Program-made: the position numbers and the translations under genes
Assembly (NCBI GenBank): GCA_903884505.1
Contig: CAISET010000002.1
Span: 277,917 to 341,916, forward strand
DNA: 64,000 bases
Reading direction: 5' to 3'
Source: an uncultured Candidatus Micrarchaeota archaeon
GTDB taxonomy: Archaea > Micrarchaeota > Micrarchaeia > Burarchaeales > Fermentimicrarchaeaceae
Notes under the pieces: generated by a model
The model's input: only the letters and a program-made list of their open reading frames with translations
Database searches by the model: none
Told to the model about the DNA's origin: nothing
In this document: one piece after another, positions 8,791-19,300 of the stretch
Layout of the letters: the number at the start of each line of letters is the position of its first letter
Position numbering within the stretch: position 1 is the stretch's first letter

Positions 8791-9398
8791 AAATTCCCTG
8801 GCATCAGCTCACGCTCCTCGTCATCCTCTGGATAAACATAATCGGCTCGCTCTACGGCTACTACTTTTACCAATCCCAGCTTTCCGCAACGCCCGTTTAC
8901 CTCTGGCTCTTCGTTCCGGACTGCCCGCTCTACACCACACTTTTCGCAGCCGTGATACTGCTCGCGCTCCTCGGATACAGGAACACGCTCTTCAACCTCA
9001 TCGTCTCGATTGGGCTGATGAAGTACGCCGCATGGACGCTCTTCGTCCTCTCGTTCTTCAACGGCTTCTACTTCCACACCTCCTTCGACATAACGGTGCA
9101 GGCCGCAATCCTCTTCGCCCTCCACATAGGCATGCTCCTCGAGGGCCTGACGCTCCCGTTCCCGAAAATAAGGCCCTGGCACATCGCGGCCGCGCTCGGC
9201 TGGTTCCTGCTGAACGACATCCTCGACTACTTCGGCCCGTCCGTCCACCCGTTCATCCCGGCGGGCGGCAGCATAACCATTGTGATGGCCGCCACCTTCG
9301 CGATGACCTTCTTCTTCACCTGGCTCGCAGCCTGGCTATATGGAAAAGGAAAAAGAATCGACATAGGGCTTTTGCCTACTGCCACTCCACGAGACTGA
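8787..9398 (+). CDS. integral membrane protein (DUF1405-like)
   Basis: Five or six predicted TM helices. Overlaps the upstream stop by 4 nt. Confidence 0.45.
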   Translation: MKIPWHQLTLLVILWINIIGSLYGYYFYQSQLSATPVYLWLFVPDCPLYTTLFAAVILLALLGYRNTLFNLIVSIGLMKYAAWTLFVLSFFNGFYFHTSFDITVQAAILFALHIGMLLEGLTLPFPKIRPWHIAAALGWFLLNDILDYFGPSVHPFIPAGGSITIVMAATFAMTFFFTWLAAWLYGKGKRIDIGLLPTATPRD

Positions 9399-9427
9399 GA
9401 TGCAGGCAGCCCGACGATTGCCCTAAC

Positions 9428-10153
9428 CTACTGCCACGCCGCATACTTCCGCGCAAATCCGAGCCCGAAAACCAAGAGCCATGCGATGAGCACCTCAAGG
9501 ATTCCCTGCGCCGCATTCCAGCCGATAATCATGTACCACTGGAGAGCGGTCATGATCCCTTCTGTCGTTGCGCTGAGGTAAATCGGGCCGGCATAATAGT
9601 AATTCGCGGCCAGCATCGCGGCGATGCGGATAAAAAGAGCGACCGCAACTACCTCGGCGAGAAGCCTCGGCTGCGCGAACGGCATCGGGCTGAGCTTTTT
9701 CGAGTATCTCCCCCAAATCAGCAGGAGCCAGAATGAAAGGAGGAAAATTGCTGCGATTGGGAGCATGCCCAGGAGCAGGCCGCCGAGCTGAATCTCATTC
9801 TGGACTATCGTCACGCCCTTCTCCCCGATTACCAGCGAAGCAACGGAAAGCGGCGCGGGCGGGGTTGTCATCGCCTCGAACAGGGCGAACACAAAAAGCG
9901 CGACGAAGAGCGCAAAGAAGGCATTGAGCCACAGCCTGTTGAGGCTGAACTTCCTCTCCATGAAAAGGGCATAGAGCGCAGGGATGGAAATCATCGGCAG
10001 CGTGGCCGCAAGCTTCATGCTCGCGCCAAGCCACGAGTCCGGCGCAGTGAACGCGATGAAAATCGAGGCGAGCAGCAGCACGGCGACCGAGCTCCTATAC
10101 CCGTAGAGGAAGAATGCGAGCAGCGCAGGCACGGCCACGAGGTCGAGCGCCAT
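9428..10153 (-). CDS. integral membrane protein (about 6 TM helices)
   Basis: The ORF extends to 10633, but the internal ATG at 10153 avoids overlap with cdc48 and begins the hydrophobic core (MALDLVAVPALLAFFLYG...). Confidence 0.45.
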   Translation of the reverse strand: MALDLVAVPALLAFFLYGYRSSVAVLLLASIFIAFTAPDSWLGASMKLAATLPMISIPALYALFMERKFSLNRLWLNAFFALFVALFVFALFEAMTTPPAPLSVASLVIGEKGVTIVQNEIQLGGLLLGMLPIAAIFLLSFWLLLIWGRYSKKLSPMPFAQPRLLAEVVAVALFIRIAAMLAANYYYAGPIYLSATTEGIMTALQWYMIIGWNAAQGILEVLIAWLLVFGLGFARKYAAWQ

Positions 10154-10235
10154 CCCGTAGCCTCCCTGGATTCCCAGCACTCCGCGAAGCGCCTGCAGCG
10201 CGCAGGAAAGCGCGGCGAACAGGATTACTATTGCT

Positions 10236-12479
10236 ATGTCGTACTCCTGGCTTCTCTTCAACCCATCACCGCTTTCCTTTTGGGGGCAAGCGTTTAATGG
10301 GTTTCGCACCCAACTATACCTTGTGGCAGAAAAGGAGCTCGAGCTGAAAGTGAAGGAGGCCCTCCAGAGCGACGTAGGGAGGGGCATCGCAAGGATAGAC
10401 AGCGCGAACATGGATAAGCTCGGGGTCGAGACTGGCGACGTGCTCGAGGTCGAGGGGCAGGACGGGAAGAAGGCAGCCGCCCTCGCCTGGCGCGCAAGGG
10501 CGGAGGACGAGGGGAAGGGGGCTGTCCGGCTCGACGGAATCCTCAGGCACAACAGTGGAATAAGCGTCGACGACATCGTGAAGGTCAGGAAGGCGGACGT
10601 GAAGCCCGCGAAAGAAGTCCACGTCGCGCCCACTCAGGAAATCTCGTTCAGGGAGGACTTCATCTCATATTTCCACGAGCGCATGCTGAACGCGCCGCTC
10701 ATCTCGGGCAACAGCATTGTTTTGGAGGTGATGGGCCGCGCGCTCGTCTTCACGGTCACGAACACGGCCCCGAAAGGAGTGGTGCAGGTAACTCCTGAAA
10801 CAAAGGTGAAAATTTCCACCAAGCCCATGAAAGCCGCGGCAGCCGTGGGCGTGAGATACGAGGACATCGGCGGCCTGAAGGAGGAGATAGAGTCCATCCG
10901 CGAAATGGTCGAAATCCCAATGAAGCACCCGGAGGTCTTCAAGCGGCTCGGAATCTCGCCGCCGAAGGGCGTGCTGCTCTTCGGCCCGCCCGGCTGCGGG
11001 AAAACATTGCTCGCAAAGGCAGTCGCCTCCGAGAGTGAGGCGCACTTCATCGCGCTCAACGGCCCGGAAATAATCTCGAAGTGGTACGGCGCATCGGAGG
11101 AGAACCTCAGGAAGATTTTCGACGATGCAAAGGAGCACGCGCCCACCATCATCTTCATGGACGAGATTGACGCAATCGCCTCGAAGAGGGAGGAAGCCGC
11201 GGGCGAAGTGGAGAGGCGCGTGGTCTCGCAGCTTCTTACATTGATGGACGGGCTTGAGGCAAGGGGCGACGTAATCGTAATCGCAGCCACAAACAGGCCC
11301 GATTCGATAGACCCTGCGCTGAGACGGCCAGGGAGGTTCGACCGTGAAGTGGAAATCCGCGTCCCGGACAAGGCCGCAAGAAAGGAAGTCCTCCAGATTC
11401 ACACGCGCGGAATGCCGCTCGACAAGGACGTGGACCTTGACGAATTCGTCGAGGTGACCTACGGCTTCACGGGTGCGGACGTCGCCGCGCTCGCGCGCGA
11501 GGCGGCCATGCGCTCCCTCAGGCGCGTCCTCCCGGACATAAAGCGCAGCGAGGAGGGGCTCAGCAAGGAGGTCCTCGGCAAGCTCGTGATAAGGAGGCAG
11601 GATTTCATAGACGCGCTCAAGAAGGTGGAGCCTTCCGCGATGCGCGAGGTGCGCGTGGAAGTCCCGCGGACAAGGTGGTCTGACATCGGCGGCCTCAACG
11701 CCGTGAAGGAGGAGCTTCGCGAGGCGGTCGAGTGGCCCATAAAATACCCGGACAGCTTCGCAAAGCTCGGCATCTCGCCGCCAAAGGGCATAGTCCTGAT
11801 CGGTCCGCCCGGCTGCGGCAAGACGCTTCTCGCCCGCGCAGCAGCAACCGAATCGCAGGCAAACTTCATCTCAATCAGCGGCCCCTCCATACTCTCCAAG
11901 TGGGTAGGGGAGAGCGAGAAGGCCATACGCGAAACGTTCAAGCGCGCGCGGCAGGTCGCCCCCTCCATCCTGTTCTTCGACGAGCTCGACTCCATCGCAG
12001 GCTTGAGGGGCGCGGGGGTTGGCGGCGGAGCCGAAGTCACGGAGCGCGTCGTGGACCAGCTCCTCGTTGAGCTTGACGGGCTGGAAGAATTGCACCAGGT
12101 TGTAGTAATCGCAGCGACCAACCGGCCCGACCTCGTCGACCCCGGGCTGCTCAGGCCGGGGAGGTTCGACAAGCTGGTCTACGTCCCTATGCCGGACAAG
12201 GAGGGAAGGAGGCAGATTTTCGGAGTCTGCACGAAGAAGATGCCCCTCGCCTCCGATGTCAAGCTCGAACAGCTCATCGACAAAACCGACGGCTACAGCG
12301 GCGCGGACATCGCGGCCGTCTGCAAGGAGGCGGGGCTTTTCGCCCTGCGCGAAAGCAAAACAGCCAAGGAAGTGGGCATGAAGCATTTCGAGCATTCCCT
12401 CGCAAAGGTGCGGCCCAGCCTGACGCCGGACGATGCGAAGGCGTGGGAGGAACTGAGGGCGAAGTTCGTGCGCGCCTGA
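10236..12479 (+). CDS. cdc48: CDC48/VCP-like AAA+ ATPase (two AAA domains)
   Basis: An N-domain ([19 protein letters not shown]) precedes two Walker A motifs (GPPGCGKT, twice) with DEID/DELD Walker B motifs. The true start may be the GTG at about 10323. Confidence 0.92.
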   Translation: MSYSWLLFNPSPLSFWGQAFNGFRTQLYLVAEKELELKVKEALQSDVGRGIARIDSANMDKLGVETGDVLEVEGQDGKKAAALAWRARAEDEGKGAVRLDGILRHNSGISVDDIVKVRKADVKPAKEVHVAPTQEISFREDFISYFHERMLNAPLISGNSIVLEVMGRALVFTVTNTAPKGVVQVTPETKVKISTKPMKAAAAVGVRYEDIGGLKEEIESIREMVEIPMKHPEVFKRLGISPPKGVLLFGPPGCGKTLLAKAVASESEAHFIALNGPEIISKWYGASEENLRKIFDDAKEHAPTIIFMDEIDAIASKREEAAGEVERRVVSQLLTLMDGLEARGDVIVIAATNRPDSIDPALRRPGRFDREVEIRVPDKAARKEVLQIHTRGMPLDKDVDLDEFVEVTYGFTGADVAALAREAAMRSLRRVLPDIKRSEEGLSKEVLGKLVIRRQDFIDALKKVEPSAMREVRVEVPRTRWSDIGGLNAVKEELREAVEWPIKYPDSFAKLGISPPKGIVLIGPPGCGKTLLARAAATESQANFISISGPSILSKWVGESEKAIRETFKRARQVAPSILFFDELDSIAGLRGAGVGGGAEVTERVVDQLLVELDGLEELHQVVVIAATNRPDLVDPGLLRPGRFDKLVYVPMPDKEGRRQIFGVCTKKMPLASDVKLEQLIDKTDGYSGADIAAVCKEAGLFALRESKTAKEVGMKHFEHSLAKVRPSLTPDDAKAWEELRAKFVRA

Positions 12480-12514
12480 AAGGTTTAAAAATCACCTAAT
12501 GTGAAAGAGACGCT

Positions 12515-13054
12515 ATGAAGCGCGGACAAAGTGCTATTGAGTATCTTACCACCTACGGGTGGGCCATCCTGATTCTGCTCGTCGTCATCGCAGCGCTGTT
12601 CTGGCTGGGCGTGATAAACCCGAAGAGCGTGCTCCAGTCGAGCTGCTTCTTTCCGGCTGACATGAGCTGCCGCGCCTATGTAATGAACACGACCGGTTAC
12701 GTCGCGCTGGACCTCGGGCAGTCCACGGGCCACCCGATAAACGTCACCAACTTCCTCTGCACCTCGCAGAACAACCCAGCCCTGATAACCCCGCTCAACA
12801 ACCCCGTTGTCATCGTGAACGGCGACCACCAGCTCATAACGGACGGCACGCAGCAATGCCTCGACTCAAGTGGCGATATCGCTTCCGGCAGTGCCGGGAA
12901 CCAGTACAAGGGCAAGATATTCATCGAATACGTCGAGCTGGACACGGGCTTCACGCACACCGTCGCAGGGGATGTTTCGCTGAAGTACGAGGAAGTAGCG
13001 ATGCCGACCCCGCAGCCCACGTCAACCCCAACATCGACCCCCGGGCCCGGATGA
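12515..13054 (+). CDS. archaeal type IV pilin-like protein (class III signal peptide, DUF361-like)
   Basis: MKRG|[22 protein letters not shown]: prepilin-peptidase site with Q+1 and E+5 followed by a hydrophobic helix. PT-rich C-terminus. Confidence 0.75.
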   Translation: MKRGQSAIEYLTTYGWAILILLVVIAALFWLGVINPKSVLQSSCFFPADMSCRAYVMNTTGYVALDLGQSTGHPINVTNFLCTSQNNPALITPLNNPVVIVNGDHQLITDGTQQCLDSSGDIASGSAGNQYKGKIFIEYVELDTGFTHTVAGDVSLKYEEVAMPTPQPTSTPTSTPGPG

Positions 13055-13058
13055 GCTG

Positions 13059-14795
13059 GTGTCTTTGGCAGGCTCAAAACGCGGCCAGATCGCCCTCGGA
13101 TCGTCTCCGGCGATAACGCGTGGCCAGACCGCTCTCGAATTCCTGACAACCTACGGCTGGGCAATCTTAGTGCTCCTGGCCGCGCTCTCAGTAATGTATT
13201 ACCTCGGAATCTTCACCCCTCCTTCGCCCAACTCCTGCATCCTTCCCTCAGGTTTCGCATGCCAGGGGTACAAGCTGTCCTCAGGCCCCGGTGGCAGTGG
13301 CGTGCTCACGCTCGACCTCTCGCAGACGACCGGCCACACAATACACATAGTCGGGCTGGCTTGTTCGGCAGAATCCGCGCCCGGCATGACTGCTGTTGAC
13401 GCAACCTTGGACACGGGCCAGAAAGCCAGCTTCCCCTCCCTCAATTGCTCCAATGTCGACGGTTCGCGACCGGCCGCAGGCGATTACTACCGCGGCAAAT
13501 TATACACCAACTACACGGACGAGGACACGGGAATAAGCCACGTCGTGAAGGGCGAACTATCCTACCGCGTCGAGGTAGCCAGTGCAGCCTCGCCCACACC
13601 AAGCCTCTCTCCCAGCCCCTCCCCGACAGTAGGCATATCCCCTAGCCCGTCACCATCGCCCAGCCCAACTCCGACCCCAACACCTACAGAAACCCCGACT
13701 CCCACTCCAACCCCGACACCGGCGCCCACATCCGCCTTCACGATAGACACGACCGCGGACTTCGACGCTGGGGCTGAGAATGGCACCGCAACGATAACCC
13801 AGAACCCTGGAACGACGGCGGCGGATACGCTCGAACTGAAGAACGCCGAGATAACACCTGATGCGAACACTGTGGGTCTCTGGCACATGGACGAGGGCTC
13901 GAGCGGCACAACCGCTGATTCAAGCGGGAATGGGAATACAGGAACGATAAGCGGCGCAACATGGAATTCCTCCGGCATGTTTGGGAACTCGCTGGCGTTT
14001 AATGGGAGTACTGATTATGTAGATGTCGGGAATAATCCAAGCCTTAGTCCTTCTAATGCCCTGACCGTAACAGCATGGGTAAAATATAATGTTATAAATA
14101 GAAACACGGCCATCTATTCAAATAGCGAAATAATAAATATTGCAGTTAGTAATAGTGACAATGCATTTTTTTATCTTACAGACGTGAATTATTGGGTCAT
14201 GCCTGCAGGTGCAATCGGGAACATCAATAACGGGCAATGGCACCAACTAGTTTTTACTTATGACAGTGCAGGCGGTGCAAATAACATGCGTGTCTATGCA
14301 GACGGCATCTTGAAGCAGCAGACAACAGCAACAGGCACGCTGGCACCAACCAGCCACCATACGAAATTAGGCGTCTGGGCTGACGCTTACTATTGGTATG
14401 ATGGCACCATGGACGACGTCGCAATCTACAACCGCTCCCTCTCGGCTGATGAGATAACCGCACGCTACAATTCCGGCCTGAAATACCACACCTCCGGCAA
14501 CTGGACCTCAGCCACCCAAACGATGCCATCCGGCAAGCAGCTCTACGACCTCAGCCTCACGGTTTCAGGAGGTGGCACCTCAGACATAAGCAAGGTTGAG
14601 GTTCTCGACTCATCTGATAATAGCGTCATCACCACATGTTCCACACCCATCACAACGAGCACCGTGCTCACTGCCGCAGACTTCGACAACGGGTTCGGCG
14701 GGACTATGAACAAGAACCTGAAGCTAAGGCTCTACCTCGTTGGCGATGGCGCAAGCAGCATCGCAATTGAGGATATCCAGGGAAGGGCGCAATAG
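13059..14795 (+). CDS. large pilin-like surface protein: class III signal peptide + pilin core + Pro/Thr/Ser linker + LamG (Laminin_G_3 / ConA-like lectin) domain
   Basis: ITRG|[18 protein letters not shown]. (SP)n(TP)n linker. LWHMDEG..DSSGNGNTGT..GATW..GMFGNSLAFNGSTDYVDV......DDVAIYNRSLSADEI is the PF13385 hallmark. Confidence 0.8.
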   Translation: MSLAGSKRGQIALGSSPAITRGQTALEFLTTYGWAILVLLAALSVMYYLGIFTPPSPNSCILPSGFACQGYKLSSGPGGSGVLTLDLSQTTGHTIHIVGLACSAESAPGMTAVDATLDTGQKASFPSLNCSNVDGSRPAAGDYYRGKLYTNYTDEDTGISHVVKGELSYRVEVASAASPTPSLSPSPSPTVGISPSPSPSPSPTPTPTPTETPTPTPTPTPAPTSAFTIDTTADFDAGAENGTATITQNPGTTAADTLELKNAEITPDANTVGLWHMDEGSSGTTADSSGNGNTGTISGATWNSSGMFGNSLAFNGSTDYVDVGNNPSLSPSNALTVTAWVKYNVINRNTAIYSNSEIINIAVSNSDNAFFYLTDVNYWVMPAGAIGNINNGQWHQLVFTYDSAGGANNMRVYADGILKQQTTATGTLAPTSHHTKLGVWADAYYWYDGTMDDVAIYNRSLSADEITARYNSGLKYHTSGNWTSATQTMPSGKQLYDLSLTVSGGGTSDISKVEVLDSSDNSVITTCSTPITTSTVLTAADFDNGFGGTMNKNLKLRLYLVGDGASSIAIEDIQGRAQ

Positions 14796-14819
14796 CCGCC
14801 AAATAACCAAAGAAGAGAT

Positions 14820-17264
14820 GTGATTATGTCCAAGATGCAACGTGCGATGCAAATCAAATCGTCTCCGGCGATAACGCGCGGCCAGACTGCTCTCGAATTC
14901 CTGACAACATATGGCTGGGCAATCTTGGTGCTTCTGGCCGCGCTCTCAGTAATGTATTACCTCGGAATCTTCACCCCTCCTTCGCCCAACTCCTGCATCC
15001 TTCCCTCAGGTTTCGCATGCCAGGGGTACAAGCTGTCCTCAGGTCCCGGCGGCAGCGGCGTCCTAACACTTGACTTCTCACAGACTACCGGCCATACCAT
15101 CCACATAACCGGCCTGGCCTGTTCGGCAGAATCCGCGCCAGGCATGACTGCGGTTGACGCAACCCTGGACACGGGGCAGAAAGCCAGCTTCCCCACCATA
15201 AATTGCTCCAATGCAGACGGTTCGCGACCGGCCGCAGGCGATTACTACCGCGGCAAGATCTACATCAACTACACGGACGAGGACACGGGAATGAGCCATA
15301 TCGTGAAGGGCGAACTATCCTACCGCGTTGAGGTAGCCGGCGCAGCCTCGCCCACACCAAGCCCCTCCCCGACTGTCGGCATATCCCCTAGCCCGTCACC
15401 ATCGCCCAGCCCAACTCCGACCCCAACTCCGACACCCACGCCAACTCCTACGCCCACGCCTACCCCGACACCAGTGCCGAACGGCTGGTTCTTCGGCACG
15501 GTCACCGGTTCCGGGCCTATCGAAGGGGTTAGCGTGAATGCAAGCAACGCGACCGGCTTTTGGGCTGACACCACCAATGCCAGCGGCCAGTATGCGATTT
15601 ATGACCTCGCGCCAGGCCAGTACGACCTGAACGCCAGCATGGCAGGCTATTATGACAATGCTACGACCGCCACCATAACCCCTGGCGCCGGAACAGAGAT
15701 GAACTTCACGCTGCAGGCTATCCCGCCTCCCGCCATATTTTTCGATCTGACGTCGACCGCGGACTTCGACGCTGGGGCTGAGCATGGCACCGCAACAATA
15801 ACCCAGAATCCCGGAACGGCAGCTGCGAACACGCTTGAGCTGAAGAACGCCGAGATAACACCTGATGCAAACACAGTGGGCCTCTGGCACATGGACGAGG
15901 GCACTGGCGTCACAACCGCTGATTCAAGCGGGAACGGAAACAGCGGTATGCTTGGCTCTTCCGTGAATTGGGCTTCCAGCAGCCAAGGTTCGACGGCATC
16001 GGCTACTTCCGTATGGGGAGCTCCCTACCCTGCGTCCAAGACTATCGATGATGTTACCAGCGGACTTGGAGGCGCTTGGGCAGCCGCCGATTACGCGGCG
16101 TACCCAATCAATGTGACAATTGATCTGGGGACTGTGCGAGACATCTACAAAGTCGTTGTTTGGCAGATTGATCTCGCGGACTATCATGTGAAAGACTATC
16201 AGGTTCAATTCTCAACAGACGGTTCGAGCTACACTACTATGGCATCCAATACCTTGCCCGACACAACCGCGTATGCCCAAACCAACACGTTCAGTTCCAC
16301 TCCAACAAGATACATACGAATCTACATTACTTCAGGCTATCACCATTATGCGTATGACTCCGCGGGGTTGGAGGAAATCCAAGCATATTCTGCCCCCAGG
16401 TGGAACTCCAGCGGCATGTTTGGGAACGCGCTGCGCTTTGACGGGGCGGATGATTATGTTGATGCTGGAAATGGGGCCAGTTTGAATATCGTTAACACAG
16501 TTAGTATCGAAGCATGGGTGAAGCCTGCATCAAATACTCAGAATAGTGCAATAGTTTCTAAATGGACAACTGGGTTAGGCACAATCAATTCTTATGCTCT
16601 ATACATCGGGCAAAATGCAGGCAACAACAAATGGGCATTTGCCATAGAACAATCAAATAATACTTATCGGGAACTTTCACCAAGTTCTCCAACTTTTAAT
16701 GCAGGAACATGGTACCATGTCGCTGCAGTGGCAGACGGCTCATACTTGCGACTTTATATAGATGGAATAGATACCGGAACAACAACTTCTTATGACGGAA
16801 CCATCAAAACCACTACTAAAAAACTGCTTATTGGAAAATTGAGAGAAGAAGACAATCTTTATGATTTTGACGGCACCATCGACGACGTCGCCGTCTACGA
16901 CCGCGCCCTCTCAGTAGATGAGATAGCCGCGCTCTACAACTCCGGCCTGAAATACCATACCTCCGGCAACTGGACCTCAGCCACCCAAACGATGCCGTCC
17001 GGCAAGCAGCTCTACGACCTCAGCCTCACGGTTTCAGGAGGTGGCACCTCAGACATAAGCAAGGTTGAGGTTCTCGATTCATCCGACAACAGCGTCATCA
17101 CAACGTGCACCACGCCAATCACAGCGAACACCGTGCTCACCGCTGCAGACTTCGACAACGGGTTCGGCGGGACTATGAACAAGAACCTGAAGCTAAGGCT
17201 CTACCTCGTTGGCGATGGCGCAAGCAGCATCGCAATTGAGGATATCCAGGGAAGGGCGCAATAG
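14820..17264 (+). CDS. large pilin-like surface protein: class III signal peptide + pilin core + PT linker + carboxypeptidase-regulatory-like domain + F5/8 type C (discoidin) domain + LamG domain
   Basis: The N- and C-terminal modules are near-identical to 13059..14795. Inserted domains: [37 protein letters not shown] (CarbopepD_reg-like); [30 protein letters not shown] (discoidin-like); LamG with [15 protein letters not shown]. Confidence 0.8.
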   Translation: MIMSKMQRAMQIKSSPAITRGQTALEFLTTYGWAILVLLAALSVMYYLGIFTPPSPNSCILPSGFACQGYKLSSGPGGSGVLTLDFSQTTGHTIHITGLACSAESAPGMTAVDATLDTGQKASFPTINCSNADGSRPAAGDYYRGKIYINYTDEDTGMSHIVKGELSYRVEVAGAASPTPSPSPTVGISPSPSPSPSPTPTPTPTPTPTPTPTPTPTPVPNGWFFGTVTGSGPIEGVSVNASNATGFWADTTNASGQYAIYDLAPGQYDLNASMAGYYDNATTATITPGAGTEMNFTLQAIPPPAIFFDLTSTADFDAGAEHGTATITQNPGTAAANTLELKNAEITPDANTVGLWHMDEGTGVTTADSSGNGNSGMLGSSVNWASSSQGSTASATSVWGAPYPASKTIDDVTSGLGGAWAAADYAAYPINVTIDLGTVRDIYKVVVWQIDLADYHVKDYQVQFSTDGSSYTTMASNTLPDTTAYAQTNTFSSTPTRYIRIYITSGYHHYAYDSAGLEEIQAYSAPRWNSSGMFGNALRFDGADDYVDAGNGASLNIVNTVSIEAWVKPASNTQNSAIVSKWTTGLGTINSYALYIGQNAGNNKWAFAIEQSNNTYRELSPSSPTFNAGTWYHVAAVADGSYLRLYIDGIDTGTTTSYDGTIKTTTKKLLIGKLREEDNLYDFDGTIDDVAVYDRALSVDEIAALYNSGLKYHTSGNWTSATQTMPSGKQLYDLSLTVSGGGTSDISKVEVLDSSDNSVITTCTTPITANTVLTAADFDNGFGGTMNKNLKLRLYLVGDGASSIAIEDIQGRAQ

Positions 17265-17314
17265 CCCCCGAAAAACCTTATAAACTATCAGCAGCCAACC
17301 TTCGCTTAAGGGGT

Positions 17315-17815
17315 GTGATTATGTCCAAAGCACAAAGCGCGATGGAATTCCTGATGACCTACGGCTGGGCGATACTGATAATGCTCACGGTCATCGCAAT
17401 CCTGTTCTACCTGGGCGTCTTCAGCCCGGCAACCGTTTCACCCAACGCATGCGTCCTTCCGGCCGGCTTCTCATGCCACGGCTACAAAGTGACATCCGGA
17501 TCAGGCGACGACGGCCGCCTCTGCCTTATCCTCCTGCAGACGACCGGCCATACAATCAACATAACGAAAATGGCCTGCTCTGACCAAGAGAATCCAGCGC
17601 CGGTTGATATACATCGGCGGCTTTACAACGGCGAAACGTTAGAGATGTCACAGCTCACATGCCTAAAGGCGGACGGTTCCCCTCCCGGAGTCGGAGACTA
17701 CTACCGTGGAACCCTTTACATCAACTATACGGACGAGACAACGAACATAGACCATCAGATAAGCGGGGAGATAGCATACAAGGTCGAGCAGCAGATAGGC
17801 CCCTGCTTCCCATAG
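17315..17815 (+). CDS. archaeal type IV pilin-like protein (class III signal peptide)
   Basis: MIMSKA|QSAMEFLMTYGWAILIML, with the same mature N-terminal consensus as the three upstream genes. Confidence 0.7.
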   Translation: MIMSKAQSAMEFLMTYGWAILIMLTVIAILFYLGVFSPATVSPNACVLPAGFSCHGYKVTSGSGDDGRLCLILLQTTGHTINITKMACSDQENPAPVDIHRRLYNGETLEMSQLTCLKADGSPPGVGDYYRGTLYINYTDETTNIDHQISGEIAYKVEQQIGPCFP

Positions 17816-17855
17816 GCAAGCAAACCGTTAAATTCGCCTGCCGCCAATCCAAATC

Positions 17856-18656
17856 ATGGCATTTTCTTTCCTAGCCATCGCCCGAAGGATTTCAAAAAAA
17901 GCCATTGCAACCGCAGGAAAGGCGGGAGGAAGCCGCATAACCGGCACGAACCCCCTCGGGCAGAAGACGATTAAGGCGGACAGGGACCTGGAGAACCTCG
18001 TAATAGACGAGCTGAAGATGTCAAGGATTCCCTGCGTCCTTGCCAGCGAGGAAGCGGGGCTGGTCGAAATCTCCCGTGAGCCGAAATGGAAGTTCGTGCT
18101 GGACCCGCTCGACGGCTCCGAGAACTACAAGCGCAACGTCCCGAGCTATTGCCTCGGGCTCTGCTACGCACCGCTCCGCGGAAGGTCCGGCGATGTCCTG
18201 GAATCCTACGTAATCAATCTCGCCCGCCCCGATGAATTCTACGCAAGGAAGGGGAAAGGCGTTTTCAGGAACGGGAAACGCGTCAGGCCAAGCCGAGTTG
18301 AAGAAATGCGTAAAGCAATCGTTTCGCTCGACTTCAACGGGGAAGCTGCCGGGGGCAGGATAAGCCCGGCGCGGAAGCTCGCGCTCCTCGGCTGCGCAGA
18401 CCATAGGAGGTTCGGCCCGGACCTGCTCGACATGTGCTACACGACTTTCGGAGGGGTCGATGCCTTCGTGGACGGGAGGGGCTCGCTCTCCGCAGTCCAT
18501 GCAAGCGGCATCGCGCTTCTCGCGGAAGACTGCGTGCTCACGAACGAGCACGGCAGGCAGGTTGATTTTGCGCTGGAGGTTGAGGCAAGCACCGGTATCG
18601 TCGCGGCCGGGACGAAGGAACTGCACGCCGAGCTTCTTGCGGCGCTGAGGAGATGA
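17856..18656 (+). CDS. inositol monophosphatase / fructose-1,6-bisphosphatase family protein
   Basis: DPLDGS metal-binding motif. IMPase fold sequence features. Confidence 0.7.
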   Translation: MAFSFLAIARRISKKAIATAGKAGGSRITGTNPLGQKTIKADRDLENLVIDELKMSRIPCVLASEEAGLVEISREPKWKFVLDPLDGSENYKRNVPSYCLGLCYAPLRGRSGDVLESYVINLARPDEFYARKGKGVFRNGKRVRPSRVEEMRKAIVSLDFNGEAAGGRISPARKLALLGCADHRRFGPDLLDMCYTTFGGVDAFVDGRGSLSAVHASGIALLAEDCVLTNEHGRQVDFALEVEASTGIVAAGTKELHAELLAALRR

Positions 18657-18660
18657 TGGT

Positions 18661-19296
18661 ATGGCAATGAAATCCGGATTTTCCGAGACTGCGGAACAAA
18701 TAGGGGTCAAGCTCGGCATAGTCTTCTCCAAAATCCCCCTCACCCCGAACCAATGGACCGTCCTCTCAATAGTTCCCGCAATCCTCGGCTTCATAGCGCT
18801 CGCGTATTACAGGGAGATGGGCTGGGCGCTTGCGCTCTTCCTCCTCTCCGGCCTCATCGATGCGGTTGACGGCGGGGTCGCAAGGGTGACCGGCAGCGTC
18901 TCGAACCTCGGCGCATACCTGGACGGGATGTTCGACAGGTTCGTTGAGGCTCTCCTCCTCTTCGGCCTGATAGCTTTCAGGCTTCCGGACTCCGCTGTAC
19001 TAGGCTACCCGGTGCCGATGTGGCAATGGCTCGTCCTCCTCCTATTCATAGGTACCTGCATGGTCAGCTACTCGCGCGCCTACGCAGACCACCGGAAAGT
19101 CCTCACAGACCCGAAAAAACTGAAGAAGATGGGTGGCCTGCTAGAGCGTGCGGAAAGGCTCGCGCTCGTCTTCCTCGGCATGCTGCTCTTCTACCTGGAT
19201 GCGGCATACCTCAACGCCGCGATAATAGTCGCCGTGCTCCTCTCCGCGGTAACGCTCCTCCAGAGGATGTGGTTCGTTGTGAAAAACGCAGAGTGA
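18661..19296 (+). CDS. CDP-alcohol phosphatidyltransferase (archaetidylinositol-phosphate / inositol-phosphate synthase-like)
   Basis: DAVDGGVARVTGSVSNLGAYLDGMFDRFVE matches D-G-x2-A-R-x8-G-x3-D-x3-D. Multi-TM. Adjacent to the IMPase. Confidence 0.75.
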   Translation: MAMKSGFSETAEQIGVKLGIVFSKIPLTPNQWTVLSIVPAILGFIALAYYREMGWALALFLLSGLIDAVDGGVARVTGSVSNLGAYLDGMFDRFVEALLLFGLIAFRLPDSAVLGYPVPMWQWLVLLLFIGTCMVSYSRAYADHRKVLTDPKKLKKMGGLLERAERLALVFLGMLLFYLDAAYLNAAIIVAVLLSAVTLLQRMWFVVKNAE

Positions 19297-19300
19297 AAGA

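Noticed and set aside
9428-10633. Full-length 401-aa minus-strand ORF overlapping the cdc48 start.
   Set aside because: The first 160 codons are low-complexity Ser/Thr/Ala antisense sequence to the cdc48 N-domain. The hydrophobic core begins at the internal ATG (10153), so the gene was truncated to that start.
10634-11402. Long antisense ORFs opposite cdc48 (245 aa, two frames). Similar shadow ORFs occur opposite dnaG (3147-3950), kbl (56690-57847), the surface protein (60724-61887) and LonB (54220-55023).
   Set aside because: Their composition is Arg/Pro/Ala-rich, as expected for GC-rich antisense frames. The sense strand carries unmistakable conserved proteins, so these are treated as spurious.
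13560-13730. Short-period DNA repeats (ccaactccgac.. / cccagcccgtcacca..) resembling microsatellites or a degenerate CRISPR-like array. They also occur at 15340-15480, 20250-20350 and 60240-60440.
   Set aside because: They lie inside long ORFs and encode Pro/Thr/Ser linkers ([12 protein letters not shown]). There is no repeat-spacer architecture. They are coding low-complexity sequence.
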